The notes under the pieces were generated by a model. It was given only the letters and a program-made list of their open reading frames with translations, did not search any database and was not told where the DNA came from. The position numbers and the translations under genes are program-made. From IMG/VR virus record IMGVR_UViG_3300032236_002285, positions 412,237 through 476,236 of that record: a stretch of 64,000 nt of DNA. One strand, given 5' to 3'. Below, in pieces: positions 58,662 to 64,000 of the stretch. Position 1 is the first letter of the stretch. The number at the start of each line of letters is the position of its first letter.

Positions 58662-59045
58662 TTATTTCAAATCCTTTACTGATAACTTACCTTTAAATAA
58701 ACAACCTTGTGATTCAAAATCTTTTCTTTCAAGTCCTAAACTTGTTAAATAATTAGAAACTTCTTCTAATTTAGAAAGGTCAAATTCAAAAATACTAGAC
58801 ATATATTGTCCATTTTTATCTTTATTAAAACCTAAATTGAACTTATCATTCAACATATCCATTATTTTAACATTTACCTTGCTATCAAGATCCTTGTTTA
58901 ATATTCTTGGCATTCCATTATTTGTGAATACCCAAATAAAAACAGATTCTGCATATGTACCCATAACATTTCTTTTCCAAGATGTTTTAGCACCTGAGAC
59001 AATATCATTGAATAAACCTTCGTTAAATCTTTTTAAGTGTTTCAT
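58662..59045 (-). CDS. Hypothetical protein with CTS-like N-terminus
   Basis: MKHLKRFNEG. Confidence 0.7.
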   Translation of the reverse strand: MKHLKRFNEGLFNDIVSGAKTSWKRNVMGTYAESVFIWVFTNNGMPRILNKDLDSKVNVKIMDMLNDKFNLGFNKDKNGQYMSSIFEFDLSKLEEVSNYLTSLGLERKDFESQGCLFKGKLSVKDLK

Positions 59046-59099
59046 ATATTTAATTTTTTTACAGGAGTATATATAAAAGAAAATATTTATTTAATTTAG

Positions 59100-59819
59100 T
59101 TAGCTTAATATTTGATTTAACTTCTCATCACGATATTGTGATATGTCTGGTTGCCAATCATATAGATAAGAATGTATTCTAAATCTTTTATCTACATATT
59201 TAGTCCATTGTGGTCCATTATAACTAAAAGGACCACCCAACTCTGTTTGTTGAAAAGCAGTTACTGGTAGATAATAACCAACCTCAGTAAATAACTTTTC
59301 TAACATATCTACGAATTGATTCAAAGCTAATTGTTCTTCTACATAATCATTATAATTGTCTTCTAAGTGCCATTGAAGCATATTATCTCTATCAATGGCG
59401 GCTTGAACACCCTGATTAACCATTTCTTTCCTAACATCACCAAGAATATTAGAGTTACCAAATGGTCGTTTGAATTCCATAGTGATGTAAGTGTCATCTT
59501 CATCCCAATCTAAGTAAAGTTGTTTTAATAAACCAATCTGCCAATCCTCTACATTATACTTTTGTATAAAGTCAGGTTTTAATTGACACGATATGGTGAT
59601 AAACTGCATCGCAGGATAAATGTCATTTAATTCTTTTTTGGTTAAATACTCATTATCTTCTAAACGCCATTGAAGCATATTATCATAGTAACCACTCTCA
59701 TCTGAGTGGTGTGCTTTCAATGACTTAATCCTTTGTATCATATCATCGGTAATATGATATGCTCGTGGTATATTTTTTGATACCCACTTACCTGAATAAA
59801 AGAATTCTGATGTGTACAT
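59100..59819 (-). CDS. Hypothetical protein with internal duplication, C-tag
   Basis: DNMLQWRLEDN / DNMLQWHLEDN; ends RDEKLNQILS. Confidence 0.7.
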   Translation of the reverse strand: MYTSEFFYSGKWVSKNIPRAYHITDDMIQRIKSLKAHHSDESGYYDNMLQWRLEDNEYLTKKELNDIYPAMQFITISCQLKPDFIQKYNVEDWQIGLLKQLYLDWDEDDTYITMEFKRPFGNSNILGDVRKEMVNQGVQAAIDRDNMLQWHLEDNYNDYVEEQLALNQFVDMLEKLFTEVGYYLPVTAFQQTELGGPFSYNGPQWTKYVDKRFRIHSYLYDWQPDISQYRDEKLNQILS

Positions 59820-60061
59820 TATTTAATTTCTAATACGTTAAATACGTTATCAATCTTAGCTTCTCTGATATCTGCTAACTCTACATAATAGATAATAGCA
59901 GAGTATGATTCAATTGATCGATGAGGTCCAGAAGAAACACCTATTGAGTATTCTGTTTTGATAATCTGTCTGATATCAATTTTTTGTAGAAAGTCATTAA
60001 CCGCAACTTCTAATGTATGAGTATGGTCCTCATTAAATATCTTTACTTTAGCATTTATCAT
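59819..60061 (-). CDS. Small protein, C-tag
   Basis: REAKIDNVF near end. Confidence 0.65.
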   Translation of the reverse strand: MINAKVKIFNEDHTHTLEVAVNDFLQKIDIRQIIKTEYSIGVSSGPHRSIESYSAIIYYVELADIREAKIDNVFNVLEIK

Positions 60062-60315
60062 ATACCTAGTTCTTTTAATTTCTTATCTCTTTCTTGTTCT
60101 ACATTCAGCGCAACATTACGCCAATCCGTTTTTTCATCACCAGAATGTGCCACTCTAACTTGATTAATAAAACACCTTGGACAATATCTAAATTCAGTAT
60201 TTACTGGAAAGGTATATGATGGTATTACTCTATGTGTTAAATTAACAGGTGATGTTATATGGGGAACATCTTCTTTATAGTAGTTCCACTTATGACCAAA
60301 CAACTTACACTTCAT
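60058..60315 (-). CDS. DUF1660-like small protein, C-tag
   Basis: MKCKLFGHKW..CPRC; ends RDKKLKELGI. Confidence 0.7.
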   Translation of the reverse strand: MKCKLFGHKWNYYKEDVPHITSPVNLTHRVIPSYTFPVNTEFRYCPRCFINQVRVAHSGDEKTDWRNVALNVEQERDKKLKELGI

Positions 60316-60550
60316 TTGCTTCTGTTTGTTTTATCAACTCTAATATAATAGATTTATTATCTTGACAGGTTTGAATTAGTGAATGAAGTAATGGTATACC
60401 ACCATCAGTAGCAAGTATCTTTTGAAATTTATCTTCATTTGACAATATGTCAGTTAAGGTCCAAAATGGACTTAGTTTATTTCTAAGCTTTGCTTGTGGG
60501 GTTTCTGGTACCCAATTACCGTTAATATCTCTGGTGCCGCTATCTTGCAT
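60305..60550 (-). CDS. Hypothetical protein
   Basis: 81-aa ORF. Confidence 0.6.
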   Translation of the reverse strand: MQDSGTRDINGNWVPETPQAKLRNKLSPFWTLTDILSNEDKFQKILATDGGIPLLHSLIQTCQDNKSIILELIKQTEANEV

Positions 60551-60553
60551 ATA

Positions 60554-60775
60554 TTACTTTAATTGTATCATAGAAACAGACTCTACACCTCTGTAAATAA
60601 GAATTGTAGTTGAGTCATTTAATTGTACTTTATATAAACCGTGATCTATTTCATCCATTACTTTTTCTACTTTAGTATTAGATGAAGGTGCGGGTGAGTT
60701 GTTTTCAGTTGTTACCACTGGTGTGTTACAAGCAAAAAGACATAGTGTGATTAGAATGATAAGTATATTTTTCAT
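60554..60775 (-). CDS. Small lipoprotein
   Basis: MKNILIILITLCLFA-C lipobox. Confidence 0.7.
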   Translation of the reverse strand: MKNILIILITLCLFACNTPVVTTENNSPAPSSNTKVEKVMDEIDHGLYKVQLNDSTTILIYRGVESVSMIQLK

Positions 60776-60835
60776 AATGTAAATATAAGATAATTAATTG
60801 AATAAACAAAATAGATATAAAATATAAAAGTTTAT

Positions 60836-61132
60836 ATGATTATATATAAAGGTGTTTCTTATAACTCTACTAAATTAATTTGCACTAGTAAGCTATCTTT
60901 AATGTTAAGCTACCCTAATTATAACAAATTAGAAATAGGTAAGATATATGATGGTTTCTTAGTTTATGTTTATGGTAATGGTACATCTGGTTGTGTTGAT
61001 AAACCAAATGGAGATAATACTCAACCATGTGGTTGGTATATAGATGGAGTTAGTAGTTCTATAAATGAGAACTTTGGTCTTGAGTTTTTTAAGCCACTTA
61101 GAGATTACAACTTATCATTGATAAATTTATAA
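60836..61132 (+). CDS. SH3-like small protein, degenerate C-tag
   Basis: KLIC..LEIGKIYD; ends RDYNLSLINL. Confidence 0.6.
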   Translation: MIIYKGVSYNSTKLICTSKLSLMLSYPNYNKLEIGKIYDGFLVYVYGNGTSGCVDKPNGDNTQPCGWYIDGVSSSINENFGLEFFKPLRDYNLSLINL

Positions 61133-61354
61133 TATTCCTAACTTCTTTAGTTTCTTATCACGAGTATATTCAATTGATTCAAATCTTTTATGATGATAAA
61201 AACGTTTATTGCCATAATCATTAATAATAGCAAATGAATGGTCGCTAATAGAAACATTATCACCTAACACTTCATAAGCTTTACCAATAGTTAAATTGAC
61301 ATGTTCATCTTGAGCACCATCAACTTCACCATTATTAATACAAACTACTTTCAT
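61127..61354 (-). CDS. SH3-like (DUF6501-like) protein, C-tag
   Basis: MKVVCIN..LTIGKAYEV..IINDYG; ends RDKKLKKLGIL. Confidence 0.7.
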   Translation of the reverse strand: MKVVCINNGEVDGAQDEHVNLTIGKAYEVLGDNVSISDHSFAIINDYGNKRFYHHKRFESIEYTRDKKLKKLGIL

Positions 61355-61626
61355 ATTCCTAACTGATCTAATTTTTGATTTCTATATTCTTCTAAGGTAA
61401 TAAAATTATTAGGGTCAACATCCATAGTTGTTTCTAATTTATCATGATGGATAATAAGATACGACTTACCATGACCCCTTCCTGTGCATTTATCATAAAC
61501 TTCAAAGATATCACCTTTATAATAAGCTCTTTCAATATAAACACCTTTATAATAATAACCTTTCTTAGGTATCGCCCGAAATGCCTTTAGGGGCAGCGGC
61601 GCGTCATTAATAGCAATCACTTTCAT
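61351..61626 (-). CDS. SH3-like small protein, C-tag
   Basis: MKVIAIN..KGDIFEV; ends RNQKLDQLGI. Confidence 0.7.
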   Translation of the reverse strand: MKVIAINDAPLPLKAFRAIPKKGYYYKGVYIERAYYKGDIFEVYDKCTGRGHGKSYLIIHHDKLETTMDVDPNNFITLEEYRNQKLDQLGI

Positions 61627-61841
61627 AGAATCTTATCTAATTGTCTCCTTCGCCATTCATCTAATTTAAGGAATGTGCTTTTATAGTAATACTCTTTGTG
61701 ACCTCTATCATTTATTATCCACCAGTTGTAATTATCAATACCCGGTAGGCCGCATCCTGGCAGGACATCATATATCTTACCATAGGTTAATTCATATTGT
61801 AAACCTTGTGACCTGTATTTCTTAATACAAACTACTTTCAC
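61623..61841 (-). CDS. SH3-like (DUF6501-like) protein, C-tag
   Basis: MKVVCIK..LTYGKIYDV..IINDRG; ends RRRQLDKIL. Confidence 0.7.
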   Translation of the reverse strand: MKVVCIKKYRSQGLQYELTYGKIYDVLPGCGLPGIDNYNWWIINDRGHKEYYYKSTFLKLDEWRRRQLDKIL

Positions 61842-62059
61842 TTCAATATCTTTTTAATCTTCTCTTCTCTGTGGCAAGCTTCACAAATTAACTTACTATC
61901 ACCAATAGTTAAATCACCTGTTGGTCTCAATATAACATGAATTATAATATTTACAATGGTAACAAATCTACTAGGTTTCTTAACAAAGTATTTATCTTTT
62001 ACTAAATCAAATTTAGATTGACAATCGGGACAAGTTCTTTCAGTTATTCTCTTACTCAT
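61838..62059 (-). CDS. Zn-ribbon protein, C-tag
   Basis: CPDC..CEAC; ends REEKIKKILK. Confidence 0.7.
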   Translation of the reverse strand: MSKRITERTCPDCQSKFDLVKDKYFVKKPSRFVTIVNIIIHVILRPTGDLTIGDSKLICEACHREEKIKKILK

Positions 62060-62184
62060 ATGCCTAACTCATTTAACTTTTCTTCTCTAAGAATAGATGT
62101 TATATCATTAATACATCTAATTGGTTTTAATTCACCATCAACTAAAGATATGTAATAACTATTATCTTTAACAGGATAATTCAT
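62056..62184 (-). CDS. 42-aa C-tag protein (not in ORF track)
   Basis: MNYPVKDNSYYISLVDGELKPIRCINDITSILREEKLNELGI*. Confidence 0.7.
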   Translation of the reverse strand: MNYPVKDNSYYISLVDGELKPIRCINDITSILREEKLNELGI

Positions 62185-62428
62185 TCTTTTTCCAGCTTCT
62201 TAGAGTATTATTACCAATCATTAAATTCAATTTATTCAATTGAATTTCATTGTCTAATCTAAATTTTATACCATAAACATTTTTCAAAAAGCTCATACCG
62301 AAATCATTTTCTAATAAAGTTTCAATAGGTGTACAATCAAATTCTTTTTTTACATTAGCAATAATGTTATTGTAAGAATTTATAAAATCTTCTTTAGATT
62401 GAAATTTAGATTTATAAATAAAATTCAT
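62168..62428 (-). CDS. Hypothetical protein
   Basis: 86-aa ORF. Confidence 0.55.
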   Translation of the reverse strand: MNFIYKSKFQSKEDFINSYNNIIANVKKEFDCTPIETLLENDFGMSFLKNVYGIKFRLDNEIQLNKLNLMIGNNTLRSWKKNELSC

Positions 62429-62474
62429 TTTAAATATATCATAATTAATGTGTAAAGTTGTAAATATTTATACC

Positions 62475-62501
62475 TACAAAATTCCGCATCGTTTTTCTGT
62501 A
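62475..62501 (+). repeat. 27-bp imperfect palindrome, copy 5
   Basis: tacaaaatt-ccgcatcgt-ttttctgta. Confidence 0.75.
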
Positions 62502-62505
62502 GTTT

Positions 62506-62778
62506 TTAAATGCCTAACGCTTCGAGTTTATCTTGTCTAATAGATTGTGTATCTAATATCATAGTGCCACTATAATGACCTGTTACCATATTACGAAGTT
62601 GTTCATATGAATAGTTAATAATACGACCATTTTCCCATTCAATAGCAACTTCATACTCAAACGGAGCATTAACAACTTTCCCATGTGTATTTAATTTAGA
62701 GAGTGTATTTTCTTTATCAACCATTTCCTCTATCCAAATAACTTTATCACCTATATTTAGTTTCATAGAATCAATCAT
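62506..62778 (-). CDS. SH3/KOW-like small protein, C-tag
   Basis: LNIGDKVIW; ends RQDKLEALGI. Confidence 0.7.
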   Translation of the reverse strand: MIDSMKLNIGDKVIWIEEMVDKENTLSKLNTHGKVVNAPFEYEVAIEWENGRIINYSYEQLRNMVTGHYSGTMILDTQSIRQDKLEALGI

Positions 62779-62866
62779 TATAAAATATTTAATTCAACTT
62801 CTTTGATTTCTAATTGGTCATTTGTGTACACTTCATGAGTGTATATCTACCCTAAATTAGGGTGTA

Positions 62867-63322
62867 TTAAGCCCCTACCTTCCAAGCATTCTTAACAATC
62901 TTTCTAATTTGATTAGCATCTGCTTTATTACCAATCACTGAACCATCTTTAATAGTGAAAGCATGACCAGTTACACGAATAATATAAGTACCTTTATTAT
63001 ATTCTTTAACAAAAGTACCTACTGACATTTGTGATTTACCACCATTGGTCTTTAAATATTTACTATCAATCTTTTTAGTTACTTTACGATTAAGGCGAGT
63101 TTTAGCATCAGACATTCTATCCATGCCTTGAGGAAACCCACGAGTGCCTTTACGCATCTGACGATTGAATGTATCAGCTACCCAAGTATGAGCTTTATCA
63201 TATTCCATACCATAAGCAGAAGCAACAGCACGAACAACGCAGTCAGCTCGTTCTGAACGTGCTAAAGCAGAATCGGAATAACCTTTAATAGCTTCGGAGG
63301 TGGCTGTGTATGGTATCTTCAT
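62867..63322 (-). CDS. Conserved-type phage hypothetical protein (DCVVRA motif)
   Basis: ERADCVVRAVASA..GH AFTIKDG, suggestive of a papain-like Cys/His pair; TATCTTTG upstream at 63342-63349. Confidence 0.6.
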   Translation of the reverse strand: MKIPYTATSEAIKGYSDSALARSERADCVVRAVASAYGMEYDKAHTWVADTFNRQMRKGTRGFPQGMDRMSDAKTRLNRKVTKKIDSKYLKTNGGKSQMSVGTFVKEYNKGTYIIRVTGHAFTIKDGSVIGNKADANQIRKIVKNAWKVGA

Positions 63323-63373
63323 AACTTGTAGTGATTTTATACAAAGATACGAATAATTTACCTAACTAGCAAG

Positions 63374-64000
63374 TTAATACTTTATGAATATATTCGATAC
63401 ATTATCCACTATTAAATAATAAGTGCCTGGTACAAACCAACTAACATCTATTGAACCACAACCCATCGGCATATATTTAGAATACCAGATTCTACCATCT
63501 ATTGACATAATACTTACTTTACTATATTTAGGTAAGGTAACTACTATCTTACTATTAGTAGGGTTTGGATAAAAACTGAATTTAGGTAATTGATTATCTA
63601 CAATAACCAATGGACTACATTCTGTAATAGTATCATATAAAGCATCAAATGCTGTTACTGGCATATTATCATGTGACCAAGATTTCCTTATAGTTGGTGG
63701 CATTAAATCATCATAACACCAACAAATAGAATCACTGGTTGAAACGGTGACATAAGTGGTTAATGTGGCAAGTGTTATTGGTGGGAAAGGTAGTAACACT
63801 TTATATTTAAGTGTGGTATCACCATAAATAGTAAATGTAGTATCTAATAATAAAGTCCTGGCAGCATCACTGGTGAATACAGCCATTTCTACATTTGATT
63901 TACAATTACTAGGGTTGATAATAGTTTCATTAATATAGTAAGCTTGTGAGTAAGCATTTATTGATATTAGTAAACTAAGTAAGGTTAATAGTTTTTTCAT
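63374..64000 (-). CDS. Secreted protein with Sec signal peptide and T9SS type-A C-terminal sorting domain
   Basis: MKKLLTLLSLLISINAYSQ signal; FYPNPT..I...VSIMSIDGR..IDVS..PGTYYLIV..FIK CTD. Confidence 0.88.
   Translation of the reverse strand: MKKLLTLLSLLISINAYSQAYYINETIINPSNCKSNVEMAVFTSDAARTLLLDTTFTIYGDTTLKYKVLLPFPPITLATLTTYVTVSTSDSICWCYDDLMPPTIRKSWSHDNMPVTAFDALYDTITECSPLVIVDNQLPKFSFYPNPTNSKIVVTLPKYSKVSIMSIDGRIWYSKYMPMGCGSIDVSWFVPGTYYLIVDNVSNIFIKY

Noticed and set aside
87-59076. Short antisense or overlapping ORFs in the track (e.g. 87..386, 2215, 2540, 2845, 5753, 8053, 10107, 13328, 14889, 17517, 24239, 24654, 27616, 28228, 31990, 35991, 36670, 37717, 40851, 46524, 49197, 55626, 56060, 58837)
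   Set aside because: They lie opposite or within better-supported genes and have hydrophobic shadow-frame composition
1-64000. Stop-codon reassignment (code 15/4) as in some Bacteroidota jumbo phages
   Set aside because: Long conserved genes are intact under code 11, and TAG and TGA both end genes at sensible positions (e.g. dam ends TAG; many ATGA overlaps)
1-64000. tRNA, rRNA, CRISPR array, integrase, reverse transcriptase or transposase
   Set aside because: No cloverleaf/T-loop signature, no regularly spaced repeat-spacer array and no such catalytic motifs were recognised by eye

Overview
Gene-dense, AT-rich (roughly 70% by eye) segment of a large tailed phage, most likely a T4-like jumbo myovirus infecting a Bacteroidota host, in the standard genetic code. 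Phage evidence: a gp6-like baseplate wedge, LamG and other large virion-type proteins, long arrays of small ORFans with ATGA/TAATG overlaps, and no core cellular operons. Host evidence: many TTTG-N19/20-TAnnTTTG promoters, a T9SS C-terminal sorting domain, and Hc1-like and DUF6576-like proteins. Recognisable auxiliary genes include DHFR, guanylate kinase, Dam, ClpP, HU, RNase P protein, two nucleotidyltransferases, tyrosinase, three glycosyltransferases, an SLT and two AAA ATPases. Two mutually exclusive peptide motifs stand out: (1) more than 50 otherwise unrelated small proteins end in a shared helix R-[DENQK]-x-K-[LI]-x-x-[LI](-G-I), called the C-tag here; (2) about 10 proteins start with a T4 capsid-targeting-like MK[HYWT][LI]K..[FY]..E leader. 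Around 54.6-56 kb the strand compositional skew inverts, four of five same-orientation 27-bp palindromes cluster, and orphan C-tag scars occur, suggesting an origin, terminus or recombination hub. Other oddities: an ACP-like protein with Ser-to-Asp at the pantetheine site and apparently leaderless host-promoter transcripts. All family assignments are from motif recognition, without database searches.
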